Shown: piece after piece, positions 49,869-62,126 of the stretch
How the letters are laid out: every line of letters starts with the position of its first letter
How positions within the stretch are numbered: position 1 is the first letter of the stretch
Assembly (NCBI GenBank): GCA_050261115.1
Contig: JBLNCY010000010.1
Coordinates: 32,001-96,000, forward strand
Origin: Methanocella sp.
GTDB lineage: Archaea; Thermoproteota; Bathyarchaeia; Bathyarchaeales; Bathycorpusculaceae
Direction: 5' to 3'
DNA length: 64,000 nucleotides
The notes under the pieces: model-generated
Told to the model about the DNA's origin: nothing
What the model saw: the letters and a program-made list of their open reading frames with translations, nothing else
Databases searched by the model: none
Made by a program: the position numbers and the translations under genes

Positions 49869-50534
49869 ATGTTAGTTGCCGGCGTTGACGAAGCGGGAAG
49901 AGGCTGCGTGATAGGTCCCCTAGTCGTCGCTGGCATCGCGGTAAAGACAGAAAACCTGCCTCTAATCGTCGGATTAGGCGTCAAAGACTCCAAACTCCTA
50001 ACCCCTAAAAAACGTGAAGCGCTCTACCCTGAAATTCTGAAACTTGTCCAAAGCTATCATATCATAAAAGTCCTGCCCTACGTTATCGATAAAGCGGTGC
50101 GGTCTACGCAGACAAACTTTAAGCTTAATCGGCTTGAGGCTCGGACGATGGCAAAGGTGATTGAGACCTTAAAACCCGACGAAGCCTATGTGGATGCGGC
50201 TGACGTTTTGCAGGATCGATTCGGCGAATACATCAAAGAATACCTCACCATAAAACCCAACATTATCTCAAGACACAAAGCTGATGTAACCTATCCAGTA
50301 GTTTCCGCCGCATCAATCATTGCTAAGGTCGAACGTGACCACGAACTTGAGACAATAAAAGAGAAGTATGGCGACTGCGGCACCGGTTACTTGGGTGATG
50401 ACAAAACCACAGTATTTCTTAGGCGTATGCTAGAGGAAAATGGCGGTAGCTATCCGAGTTGTGTTAGGAAATCTTGGGCGCCCGCTAAACGTGTAAAGGC
50501 GGAGCATGGAAGCGTCCAAAAAACCCTTCGTTAA
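49869..50534 (+). CDS. rnhB: Ribonuclease HII
   Basis: GVDEAGRGCVIGP, VKDSK, YVDAAD, HKAD..YPVVSAASIIAKV. Confidence 0.96.
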   Translation: MLVAGVDEAGRGCVIGPLVVAGIAVKTENLPLIVGLGVKDSKLLTPKKREALYPEILKLVQSYHIIKVLPYVIDKAVRSTQTNFKLNRLEARTMAKVIETLKPDEAYVDAADVLQDRFGEYIKEYLTIKPNIISRHKADVTYPVVSAASIIAKVERDHELETIKEKYGDCGTGYLGDDKTTVFLRRMLEENGGSYPSCVRKSWAPAKRVKAEHGSVQKTLR

Positions 50535-50552
50535 GTTTCTAAATTATTGCAT

Positions 50553-50583
50553 TTTGTAACATACAAACGATACAATTTATTAA
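50553..50583 (+). promoter_or_regulatory. Palindrome TTTGTA-ACA-TACAAA plus TATA-like TTTATTAA upstream of the TrmB regulator
   Basis: Perfect 6-3-6 inverted repeat at 50553-50567; TATA-like element at 50576-50583. Confidence 0.45.
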
Positions 50584-50635
50584 GCCCCTTATAATAATCT
50601 GAATACATAGACAAACGAATTTTGGGCGGCAAGGC

Positions 50636-53084
<2,449 letters not shown>

Positions 53085-53091
53085 ATCTGCC

Positions 53092-53973
53092 TTGAAGGTT
53101 GAACCCGAATGCGCATCCTGCCTACTTAGCCGGGCACAAATCCAGACTTATCAAGCCACCACTAACCCCGCACTACGCTTCCGCTGCCTAGCCGAAATTA
53201 TCAAGCTTCTTAACAGAGAGTTTAAGCCCACTTCTTGCGCCGCAGTAATCGGCACTAAACGCGACCGAATCATCCGCAAACTCACAGACTGCGACGACCC
53301 CTACAAGTACAATAAGAAACTAGCCAACCAAAAAGCCCTCAAAATGCGCTCACATGCTAAGAAGATGGTGGAGTCCGGCTACAATCAGCAGGAACGCTTC
53401 AAAAAAGCGGTGCTCTGCGCCATTGTAGGCAACATCATGGAGTTTGACATTCCCGGTCACAGATTTACCTTAAACAGTCTTGCGACCGTAATGCGGGAAG
53501 CAGCAAAAGACCTCGTCATCGACGACATCGACAAGGCATACGAGTTGGCTAAGAAGGCGCAGAGTGTCCTGTTTTTGGCTGATAACGCGGGGGAAATCGT
53601 GTTTGACACTTTGCTAGTTGAGCAACTCAAAAACATGGGGCTCAAGGTAATCTATGCAGTTAAGGGCGGCCCAGTAATTAATGACGCCACCATGGAGGAC
53701 GCCGAAATCTCCGACATGGATAAGCTTGCCGATGACGTCATAACTACAGGCGCCGATGCGGTGGGTCTGCAGAAAGAGGAGTGCTCAGCAGAGTTCCTCA
53801 AAGTCTATGAGGACGCGGAACTTGTCTTTGCCAAGGGGATGGGCTACGCAGAAACCCTGACCGAATACAAATTAACCAAGCCACACTTCTTGATGTTTAG
53901 AACAAAATGCACGCCTGTGGCGAACTATTTTTGCGTTCCAAGGGACAAAAACGTAGCAAAACTGTTGACTTAG
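53092..53973 (+). CDS. ARMT1/DUF89 damage-control phosphatase
   Basis: ECASC, DPYK, LADNAGEIVFD, INDAT, FAKGMGYAE; TTG start at 53092 avoids overlap with tpiA. Confidence 0.9.
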   Translation: MKVEPECASCLLSRAQIQTYQATTNPALRFRCLAEIIKLLNREFKPTSCAAVIGTKRDRIIRKLTDCDDPYKYNKKLANQKALKMRSHAKKMVESGYNQQERFKKAVLCAIVGNIMEFDIPGHRFTLNSLATVMREAAKDLVIDDIDKAYELAKKAQSVLFLADNAGEIVFDTLLVEQLKNMGLKVIYAVKGGPVINDATMEDAEISDMDKLADDVITTGADAVGLQKEECSAEFLKVYEDAELVFAKGMGYAETLTEYKLTKPHFLMFRTKCTPVANYFCVPRDKNVAKLLT

Positions 53974-53974
53974 C

Positions 53975-56038
53975 ATGAAAAACTTTCCTGCGCTTACCAT
54001 AAAAAAGGAGCAGCTTTCGCGGTTTAGCGAGGTTATTGCGCAGGAGTGGCTAATCACCAATGGATTAGGTGGTTATGCCTCCTCCTCGGTTCTGGGCATC
54101 AACACACGAAAGTATCATGGGTTGCTGGTTGCTGCGCTCGATCCGCCGGGGGGGCGCACCGTTTGTCTCGCTAAAGTCGACGAGGATCTCTTAGTTGGCG
54201 ACGGCATCTTTCGGTTGGGCTCTAACGAGTTCGCTGACATCACTTTTCCCCAAGGGTACACGTTTATCGAGGAGTTCAAGCTAAACCCCCACCCCACATA
54301 CCGATACCAAACCGGCAACATAGCCATAGAAAAAACGGTCTTTATGCCCAGGCACAAAAACGCCGTTGCAGTCCTCTATCAAGTCACCAATCACAACAAC
54401 ACCGACGCCGCAATTCGTCTCTATCCACTGCTGAACTGCCGCTACTACCATAACGTCACCGATAACCAGCGCGCACTCCTGCAGTTCACCCAACAAGCCC
54501 GCCAGCAATCAACGAAGATAACCTTCCAGAATCCATCGGCAACCATCCTCTGCAAGGTCACGGAGGGCCGCTTTGTGCAGGGGATTAATTGGGTTAGGCG
54601 GCTGCATTACCGTGATGAGTCGTCGCGGGGGGAGGCAGCGTTTGATGACTGCTTCCAGCCAGGGTACTTCGAGTCGGTGTTGCCCGCGCAGTCTACAAAG
54701 AGTTTTGCCATAACCTGTTCGGTGGATAGATTAGAATCTGGAGCGGAGGCGGATTTGCAATCTCTGGGAGCCACAACCCAAGAAACCCAAAGCGCATTTG
54801 CAAATGAAGTGAAGCGGGTAGAGGCGCTGTTAACTGGCTTTTACAAGTCTCATCCGGGTGTTTCTCGTAGTGACTGGCTAGATTGGGTGTTGTATGCGTC
54901 GGATTCGTTTGTGGTTAAAAATCGTCATGGAGGGCCTGATGTTATTGCGGGTTATCACTGGTTTGAGCCGTGGGGCCGTGACACTTTCATTTCGCTGCCG
55001 GGGCTGTTGCTGGTAACGGGCCGGTTTGGTGAGGCTAAGGAGATTTTCCGCAGCTTCATCAGCGCCCTGAAAGGTGGCTTGATTCCCAACTTTATAGCTG
55101 ACAAAACCGGCGACTATGCCTACAACACCGTCGACGGAACGCTGTGGTACATCAACGCCGTTTTGCAGTACATAAAATACACTGGCGACTTAACGTTTGT
55201 CCGCTCGGAGCTGTGGAGCGACTTGCAGGCGATTATTGAACATCATCGGCGTGGCACCATGTTTGGTATTCGGGTCGACGAGGACGGGTTGCTTCTGCAT
55301 GGTCCCCAATTGACGTGGATGGATGCGTCTGTGGACGGCGTAGAAGTCACGCCCCGAGCGGGCAAGGCGGTGGAGATACAGGCGCTCTGGTACAACGCTT
55401 TATGCGTCATGGAGCGGCTTGCCGGAGAGTTTGGCGAGGAAACCATGCGGTCGGAGTACGCCGAATTAGCGCAGCAAGCCCGCCGCAGCTTCAACAACAG
55501 ACTCTGGAACCCCATCCGCGGCTGCCTCTTTGACGTGCTTGAACCCAAAGCCATCGACGCCTCACTCCGCCCCAATCAAATCCTAGCCGTGTCCCTGGAT
55601 TATTCCATGCTTAATTCGGAGTCAAGCCGTAAAGTCGTCGAAGTCGTAAAGCAGGATCTCGTAACGTCATATGGTCTGCGGACGCTGTCGCTTGATGACC
55701 CCAAATTCGTCGGCAAATGCCACGGCGACCGCCGCAGCCGAGACGCCGCCTACCACAACGGCACAATCTGGCCTTGGCTACTGGGCCCCTACATATCAGC
55801 ATACCTAAAAGTCAACGACTACACAAAAGAAGCCCGCCAAGAAGTCCAAGAAAAACTCGTCCTCCCCTTCTTCACGGAAGGCATCAGACGAGGCGGGTTG
55901 GGCACCATCAACGAAATCTACGACTGCGACCCGCCCAACGAGCCACGCGGCTGCATCTCCCAAGCCTGGAGCATAGCCGAACCCCTGCGAGCCTACATCG
56001 AGGATGTTTTGCTATTTAAGCCGAAATTTACTGTTTGA
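53975..56038 (+). CDS. Amylo-alpha-1,6-glucosidase (glycogen debranching enzyme, GH133)
   Basis: EWLITNGLGGY, IAGYHWF..WGRDT, QLTWMD, LRPNQ, YHNGTIWPWL, QAWS. Confidence 0.94.
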   Translation: MKNFPALTIKKEQLSRFSEVIAQEWLITNGLGGYASSSVLGINTRKYHGLLVAALDPPGGRTVCLAKVDEDLLVGDGIFRLGSNEFADITFPQGYTFIEEFKLNPHPTYRYQTGNIAIEKTVFMPRHKNAVAVLYQVTNHNNTDAAIRLYPLLNCRYYHNVTDNQRALLQFTQQARQQSTKITFQNPSATILCKVTEGRFVQGINWVRRLHYRDESSRGEAAFDDCFQPGYFESVLPAQSTKSFAITCSVDRLESGAEADLQSLGATTQETQSAFANEVKRVEALLTGFYKSHPGVSRSDWLDWVLYASDSFVVKNRHGGPDVIAGYHWFEPWGRDTFISLPGLLLVTGRFGEAKEIFRSFISALKGGLIPNFIADKTGDYAYNTVDGTLWYINAVLQYIKYTGDLTFVRSELWSDLQAIIEHHRRGTMFGIRVDEDGLLLHGPQLTWMDASVDGVEVTPRAGKAVEIQALWYNALCVMERLAGEFGEETMRSEYAELAQQARRSFNNRLWNPIRGCLFDVLEPKAIDASLRPNQILAVSLDYSMLNSESSRKVVEVVKQDLVTSYGLRTLSLDDPKFVGKCHGDRRSRDAAYHNGTIWPWLLGPYISAYLKVNDYTKEARQEVQEKLVLPFFTEGIRRGGLGTINEIYDCDPPNEPRGCISQAWSIAEPLRAYIEDVLLFKPKFTV

Positions 56039-57059
56039 TTGCCCTCTTGAGCGCTTCTGCGGCTGATTCAGGCAGAACAGTATTGATGTAGACGCCTGTG
56101 CTCTTTTCGAACCCAGCCCAGGTTGCCAGCTTGGGGTAAACCTCTAAATGCCAATGATACCCATCCTCGGCTATGGATTGGTGAATGCCAAAGTTGTATG
56201 GTGGATCGTTCACTACCTCTTTTAGCGCTCCTAACCCTGCCTTAAGCGCCATGGCAAAAGATGTCACCTCGGCCGGGGTGAGGTCGGCTATGTTTGCGGC
56301 GTGCCGCTTGGGAACAATCCAGAACTCCATCGGATTCACACTCGCATAGGGCGCAAATGCGACAAAGTCGCTGTTTTGGTAGATGCCCCGCTGGGTTATG
56401 ATTTCCCGTTGGGCTATGTCGCAAAAGACGCATCTGCCATGCGCCTGCTGGTAGGCTTGGGCGGCTTGCTGCTCCTCAGCCACTATGGCGGGTACCATCG
56501 GGGTGGCGATGATTTGGCTATGGGCATGCACCAATGAAGCGCCTGCTTCTAAGCCGTAGTTGCGGAAAATCGACACATACTTCACGTAGGATTTGCCGCT
56601 AAGCACCCTAAACCGCTCAATGTAGGCGTTAATTACCCGCTCCATCTGGGACAATTCAACGTCGGCCAAGTTTTCGTTGTGGTTTGGGGTTTCGACTAGT
56701 ACTTCGTGGTAGCCGATGGCGTAGCCGAATTCTGGGCTGACAAAAATCTGGCCGGTGTCTTTTGATCGCTGTGGCGGGGAGAAGGCTGGGTAGAGGTTTG
56801 GGAAGGCGCGTATGAGCCAGTTTTGGGGGCGTTTGCCCTCTGGGGGATCTTTGCCCTTGGTAATTGTGTCGCCGTTCTTCTGGTAGAGTAGAACAGCCGG
56901 GGGCGTCATGTATTCATGTCCAACGCAGAGAGGGCAATTTGGGTTTTTGGCTGCTTCTGGTCGAGTTTTTGCAAGGTCGGTGGGTCGTTTGCTGCGTTCT
57001 TTTGCGATTACGACCCAGCGGTTAAGCAGGTAATCTTTTCTAAGTTCATTGTAAGGCAT
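56028..57059 (-). CDS. galT: GalT-family (HIT) sugar-1-phosphate nucleotidyltransferase
   Basis: ERSKRP, CPLC, NLYPA, GASLVHAHSQ, YHWHLEVYP, AGFEK. Confidence 0.88.
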   Translation of the reverse strand: MPYNELRKDYLLNRWVVIAKERSKRPTDLAKTRPEAAKNPNCPLCVGHEYMTPPAVLLYQKNGDTITKGKDPPEGKRPQNWLIRAFPNLYPAFSPPQRSKDTGQIFVSPEFGYAIGYHEVLVETPNHNENLADVELSQMERVINAYIERFRVLSGKSYVKYVSIFRNYGLEAGASLVHAHSQIIATPMVPAIVAEEQQAAQAYQQAHGRCVFCDIAQREIITQRGIYQNSDFVAFAPYASVNPMEFWIVPKRHAANIADLTPAEVTSFAMALKAGLGALKEVVNDPPYNFGIHQSIAEDGYHWHLEVYPKLATWAGFEKSTGVYINTVLPESAAEALKRAIKQ

Positions 57060-57188
57060 TGTGGGCGCCAGTATACTTTGGTCGGTTGATTATATTTTAG
57101 GTTTACCAAGGGTTCCGAAGTCCTTATGGCTTGATGATTGCTTGGGGCTTAGGACCAAAGGATTGGTTAGCTTTTTATACTTACCCCT

Positions 57189-58823
57189 ATGGTAATATTT
57201 TTGGGGGCTGTCACCTCTCTGGGAACCATCCAAAAAACATGGTTCACTCTAAGGAAGGCGGCGCTTAACAAGTGGCGGTTGGCATTCGCCGCCTTTGCTT
57301 TAGCCTACACACTAATTCTCTTCAGCAACTTTTTACGGTGGCCACTTGTCTGGGATGAAGTTGTCCACCTCAATGCAGGCAGTTTCCTCTCTTGGGGGCT
57401 CATTGACAAATTCGTATTAAATGCCTTCTACCCGCCCCTCTTTGACTGTCTAATCTTTCTATCCTTTGAAACATTCGGGGTATGCCTCTTTGCAGCTAGA
57501 CTAATTCCTGTACTTTTTTCTGTTCTTGCTCTATGGTTAACCTTTGAGTTAGCACAAAGCATGTATGGTGGAAAAGTCGGTTTGCTCTCCGCAGTAGTAT
57601 TGGGGGTGATGCCTGGGTATTTCTGGGTCTCGCAGTCGGCGCTGCTTGAATCGTCGCTGGTGTTTTTTGTGGTGGCTTCCCTGTTGTTCTTCTATCGCTG
57701 GCTGGTCACTCGGCAAGACCGCATGCTAGTATTTACGGGATTAGCGGTTGGTTTAGGCTTTCTGACTAAGTACCAAATTATTGTTGCAGGCATAATCCTT
57801 GCCATTAGCATCCTTTTCCTGGCAAAGGACCAACTAAAGCTGGCATACAAGAAATTCATGATAACCTTTGTAACCGCTGTTTTAGTGGTGACGCCCTGGA
57901 TTCTTATAGTCTACGATATTTATGCGGATAATTTTTTGCAGCAATGGCTCTATGCCGTTCAAGTGGGCAATCCTGAACGCTCTGTCTATAGTGAGCGCTT
58001 CTTTGCGCCAGTCTTCTATCTAGTAGACGTTGTCTGGCCCTATGATACGGTTCATCCCATCTCAGTATTCATCTATATCGCGGGATTAGTGGGGCTGACG
58101 TTTTTTGCTTTGCGACGCAAGACACAGGATAAGTATGTTCTGATATGGTTTGTTTGCATCTATGTGTTCTTTACGTTGATTTCCAATAAGTCTTGGCGGT
58201 ATGTACTGCCCCTGTTTCCTGCTTTGGCGATTTCTGCCTCAGTTATCTTTGTGGAAGCATATGGGAAGCTGCATAGTTGCTGGCGGCAGGGCATCGGTAC
58301 CCCACAGCAAAGACGCCTCTACAAGGTTGCAGGAGGTTTACTTGTTGTCTTTGTTGCAGGCTCAATTGCTTACAGCGTTTATGACTGCTACGGGATAGCT
58401 GCTCCTCACGATATAGACATCCCGATTGAGCAGGCAACAAACTATGCCTATCGCAACATTGACTACAATAAATCAATCATGGTGCTCTGCCCCTTTGACT
58501 TGTTTAACCGCGAAATGGTTCGCTTCTACCTCTGGCAAGACGGCGACAACGACATCCCTGTATTCCAGTACCCCCGCCACGCAGTCGACAGCTATGCACC
58601 TGACTTTAACATAACCGAACTCGTCAGACTGTGCAAGGTGCTAAACGTGCATTACCTTTTCACCTATGAGTACGGTGGAACAGTTCCCTACTTCAATTCT
58701 ACGCTTAACTTGCAGCAGATATATCAGCAGCTCTACGCGTCAGGCAACTTTACGCAGATAAATGATGAAGCTACGTTTGGCGAGAGTCCCCGAAGGATAT
58801 TCGTGCTAGAATTCATTGGGTAG
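57189..58823 (+). CDS. GT39/PMT-ArnT-like (GT-C) membrane glycosyltransferase, paralog of 9343-10908
   Basis: VWDEVVH, FYPPLF, FLTKY, WRYVLPLFP. Confidence 0.85.
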   Translation: MVIFLGAVTSLGTIQKTWFTLRKAALNKWRLAFAAFALAYTLILFSNFLRWPLVWDEVVHLNAGSFLSWGLIDKFVLNAFYPPLFDCLIFLSFETFGVCLFAARLIPVLFSVLALWLTFELAQSMYGGKVGLLSAVVLGVMPGYFWVSQSALLESSLVFFVVASLLFFYRWLVTRQDRMLVFTGLAVGLGFLTKYQIIVAGIILAISILFLAKDQLKLAYKKFMITFVTAVLVVTPWILIVYDIYADNFLQQWLYAVQVGNPERSVYSERFFAPVFYLVDVVWPYDTVHPISVFIYIAGLVGLTFFALRRKTQDKYVLIWFVCIYVFFTLISNKSWRYVLPLFPALAISASVIFVEAYGKLHSCWRQGIGTPQQRRLYKVAGGLLVVFVAGSIAYSVYDCYGIAAPHDIDIPIEQATNYAYRNIDYNKSIMVLCPFDLFNREMVRFYLWQDGDNDIPVFQYPRHAVDSYAPDFNITELVRLCKVLNVHYLFTYEYGGTVPYFNSTLNLQQIYQQLYASGNFTQINDEATFGESPRRIFVLEFIG

Positions 58824-58948
58824 CTATTGAATGGCTAATATGAATGAATCTATTTTTAGCCTTTATTCTACAGAACTCACAAAGCATAATATCGGTTTAT
58901 AGCAAGCTTTTAATTTTTAACCACAGCTATAACGGAGAAGGGATTGTT

Positions 58949-59050
58949 ATGGAAAAGAAGTGTGCAATCTGCAAAAAAACCTACACTACCTTTGATGCTA
59001 AATCGAAATACTGTAGTAGTGCCTGCGCGAAAAAAGGCGGCAAAAAATAG
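58949..59050 (+). CDS. 33-aa basic zinc-finger microprotein
   Basis: MEKKCAICKKTYTTFDAKSKYCSSACAKKGGKK*; GGAGAAGGGA SD. Confidence 0.7.
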   Translation: MEKKCAICKKTYTTFDAKSKYCSSACAKKGGKK

Positions 59051-59130
59051 AGACACGCACGCGATTATCCACTAACCCCACCTCTATTTTATAGAAACCC
59101 CTAGTCCGTGGAGCTTCTACAGAACTGGGG

Positions 59131-60156
59131 TTAGAGGGGAAATTTAGGGCCGAACTTGGCAAAGTCCCTCTTCTTATAAACGCCGCTCTCTGTTATGATG
59201 CCACTGACGTACTTTAGCGGTGTCGCGTCAAAAGCGGGGTTATAGACTGCTATGCCGTCGGGGGCTGTCTGCTGGCAACCCACATGCGTAACCTCCTCGA
59301 TTTTGCGTTCCTCGATTTCCACGTCGGCGGCTTTGCGGGTTAAGTCAAAGGTGGATTTCGGCGCCGCTACATAAAACGGAATATCATGCTCATGCGCCAA
59401 GACAGCAACACCGTAAGTGCCGATTTTGTTAAACACCGCATCCTGCACGATGCGGTCAGCCCCTACAATAACCTTGTTAACAAGTCCCTTGCTCATGACA
59501 TGTGCTGCCATGTTGTCGGTGATTAATGTAACGGGGATGCCATCACGCTTCAACTCATAAGCCGTGAGGCGTGCGCCTTGCAGTAGCGGGCGGGTTTCGT
59601 CTGCTATAACCTTGATTTTTTTGCCCTCTTCCCAAGCAGCACGGATTACTCCAAGAGCGGTGCCATATTCTACGGTTGCTAATTCTCCAGCATTGCAGTG
59701 GGTTAAGATGGTGTCGCCGTCTTCAATGAGTTTAGCTCCGTGTTTACCTATGGCATGGTTCTGCTGAGCATCTTCATCCGCGATGGCCTGGGCTTCCTCG
59801 ACGACGACCGCTTTAAGCTGCCCTACGCTCCCTTGGGCGGCTTTGGCTTTGTTCAAAACTCGATCAACGCCCCAGAACAAATTAACCGCAGTGGGCCGTT
59901 GGCGTTTTATTAGGTTACCCGCCGCTTCTATTTCTCTGTAGAACTGGGCGGCAGTTTTAGCTTTGCTGTTATACGCCGCTATGGCTACACCGAATGCCGC
60001 TGCTGCGCCAAGTAGGGGTGCGCCTCTTACTCGTAGCGTCTTGATTGCTTCTGCCATTTGCTCTACAGTTTTGATTTCTAGGGTGACTTCTTGGAGGGGG
60101 AGTTTGGTTTGGTCGGGGGTGATTACTGTGCCGTTTTGCCACTTTATCATCCGCAT
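59131..60156 (-). CDS. mtnA: S-methyl-5-thioribose-1-phosphate isomerase (eIF2B-like family)
   Basis: DQTKLP, VRGAP, RPTAVNL, LTHCNAG.LAT, DETRPLLQGARLTA, GADRI, NKIGT, NPAFD. Confidence 0.93.
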   Translation of the reverse strand: MRMIKWQNGTVITPDQTKLPLQEVTLEIKTVEQMAEAIKTLRVRGAPLLGAAAAFGVAIAAYNSKAKTAAQFYREIEAAGNLIKRQRPTAVNLFWGVDRVLNKAKAAQGSVGQLKAVVVEEAQAIADEDAQQNHAIGKHGAKLIEDGDTILTHCNAGELATVEYGTALGVIRAAWEEGKKIKVIADETRPLLQGARLTAYELKRDGIPVTLITDNMAAHVMSKGLVNKVIVGADRIVQDAVFNKIGTYGVAVLAHEHDIPFYVAAPKSTFDLTRKAADVEIEERKIEEVTHVGCQQTAPDGIAVYNPAFDATPLKYVSGIITESGVYKKRDFAKFGPKFPL

Positions 60157-60273
60157 GTATGGTGCCTTCTAATTGGCTTAGTATTTGTGTGCTTAGTTAA
60201 AGTTTTTCTGCCCGCATGGGCGCTTTGTTGCGCTAAGCGCCTGTCCAATAGTTCCAAAGACAAAAAGATAAGA

Positions 60274-61026
60274 TTAAGAGGAGTTGTCAAGCGGGGACTT
60301 GAGGTTTGTCACAACCTCAACAGGATTATCAGCGGTGCTTTTTAGACGCTTCTTCCATTCTTCGCCCACCGCAATCAGCGAAAAGATACCTGAGACCTCT
60401 GCTTTAGACTTCTTGACAAGGTTCACAAGGGCTTCTTGGGTATCTCCACTTTTTATCATGTCATCAACGATTAGGACGCTGTCGCGTTTCTTGATGGATT
60501 CTTTGGGGATATAGATTGTGACTGTTACGCCGCTGTCACGTCCTAGGATGTAGGTTTCTTCAAGGAAGGCTTTGACGCCGACTTCTTTGTTGCGTTTCGC
60601 GACGATTAGGTTAACGCCCAACGCGTTTGCAACCATGGTGGCAAGTGGGATGCCATCAGTTGCTGCGGTTAGAACTTTGGTGACGCGTTTGCCGGCGAAG
60701 TTGGCGAGTGCGTGGTTGGCGGCTTGCTGGAGGATGTTGTAGTCGCCGACGATTTCGGTGTTGTCAAAGTAGCCGATGTCGTCGAACTTGATTCGGCTGC
60801 GCAGTTCGGCTTCTAGCCCTACAAGTTTGGTGAGTACGCGCCAGAGCTGTTTTGCGCGTGTGGTGTTTGGGAGTACGTGGCCTTTTGCGTATCGGCTTAG
60901 TACGGTTACGGGTAAGCCTGTTTTGGTGGCTAACTCGCGGTAGGTGATGTTTCTTTTGTACTTTGCAGTACGTAGTAGTTCGATGGTCATTAATCTTAGT
61001 TTAAGGTCTTCTGCGTGGGTGCTCAA
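60274..61026 (-). CDS. HTH-fused purine phosphoribosyltransferase (PurR-like architecture)
   Basis: TYRELATKTGLPVTVLSRYAKGHVLP HTH; VLIVDDMIKSGDT PRPP motif. Confidence 0.85.
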   Translation of the reverse strand: MSTHAEDLKLRLMTIELLRTAKYKRNITYRELATKTGLPVTVLSRYAKGHVLPNTTRAKQLWRVLTKLVGLEAELRSRIKFDDIGYFDNTEIVGDYNILQQAANHALANFAGKRVTKVLTAATDGIPLATMVANALGVNLIVAKRNKEVGVKAFLEETYILGRDSGVTVTIYIPKESIKKRDSVLIVDDMIKSGDTQEALVNLVKKSKAEVSGIFSLIAVGEEWKKRLKSTADNPVEVVTNLKSPLDNSS

Positions 61027-61035
61027 TTCCCTGTT

Positions 61036-61091
61036 ACTCCCGGATTTACATTTCTAAGTCAAATCTTAAATGTATTGCTATTATCCGGAGT
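61036..61091. promoter_or_regulatory. Nested inverted repeat in the promoter/leader of the HTH-PRTase gene
   Basis: ACTCCCGGAT(61036-45)/ATCCGGAGT(61083-91) and TACATTT(61047-53)/AAATGTA(61068-74); minus-strand TTATAAA at 61104-61098. Confidence 0.5.
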
Positions 61092-61255
61092 TGGAGATTT
61101 ATAACTTTCCGTTACAACATTTAGAAGAACAAATCAGTAAAGGACAGAAGGTTTCCCTTCATATCGAGGTCTCTTGACTAGGTCTTTGAAGATGCCGCGA
61201 ATGATATGTTTTTTAGCCTGAAAGTCGACTCCTATACAAAAGGGGGACCGACAGA

Positions 61256-61810
61256 ACGCAGAAGCTCCAGCGACTATTCATAATCGCCTTATTCGGTGCC
61301 ATAATATTTGTCGGTAACCTGTTCCTTCCTCCACCGCTCAACTACCTCATGATGGTCGTTCAATCCGTCTTGCTTGCATTAGCATCCCTATTCATCCACA
61401 AAGTCGGCGCATCATATGTAGGTGCAATTGGCGGACTCTTAACAGCGCTTGCCAGCCCCTCACTTGGACCCTTTACCTTTCTCTTTGCCCTACTCTACGG
61501 CGTATACGTTGACATATTTATGGCTGTTTTCAAGGTTAGAGGATCCCGGGAAGGTGTAGACCGGAACCGCTTAATGGCAGCCATGACCTTTAGCACCCTA
61601 TTAATCGCCCTATCTAGCTATTCAGCGTTTGCCGTTTTCCCTGATTTCTTCTCAGCACAGGGCCTATCCTACTTTAGCCTATTTTTGCAGAGAAGCGCTA
61701 TGCTAGACGCGATGGTACTCTTTATGGGCCCCGCCACAGGCGTCACCGCGGGCTACGCCTCTGCTTACCTCTGGAACAGGTACCTCCGCCACATCAGCCT
61801 AACTAAATAA
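61256..61810 (+). CDS. ECF-transporter S-component-like membrane protein, probable ACG start at 61256
   Basis: Frame open upstream of ATG 61349 encodes TM1 RLFIIALFGAIIFV; GASYVGAIGGLL; AGGGGGA SD 8 nt before ACG. Confidence 0.7.
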   Translation, partial: TQKLQRLFIIALFGAIIFVGNLFLPPPLNYLMMVVQSVLLALASLFIHKVGASYVGAIGGLLTALASPSLGPFTFLFALLYGVYVDIFMAVFKVRGSREGVDRNRLMAAMTFSTLLIALSSYSAFAVFPDFFSAQGLSYFSLFLQRSAMLDAMVLFMGPATGVTAGYASAYLWNRYLRHISLTK

Positions 61811-62072
61811 AAGTGGCTTTGATTTTCTGGTCAACAACCTTAGCTATCAAAAGGTTAGAAATAAAAACACACTTTACACCCAACAACTCGGCCAACTCAG
61901 CGGGCTTCTGATCCTGCGTAACCAAAAGCAGCCCATATTTGCAGGCATACTCCACTAGCTCACGGTCTTTGACGCTTTTAAGCCCAGCCTCCTGAGCCGT
62001 TACAACCTCATAACCCATGGTCTCAAAGTACTCTTTTAAGCCCGCAAGCATCTCGTCAAGTAAAAGCTTCAT
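61803..62072 (-). CDS. DUF5615/Mut7-C PIN-like protein
   Basis: MKLLLDEML, MGYEV, DRELV, LLVTQD. Confidence 0.85.
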   Translation of the reverse strand: MKLLLDEMLAGLKEYFETMGYEVVTAQEAGLKSVKDRELVEYACKYGLLLVTQDQKPAELAELLGVKCVFISNLLIAKVVDQKIKATFI

Positions 62073-62126
62073 AGCATCCCTCCACTTAAACCATGATAAA
62101 ATATTTAGGGATTCCCAAAAGGGGGG

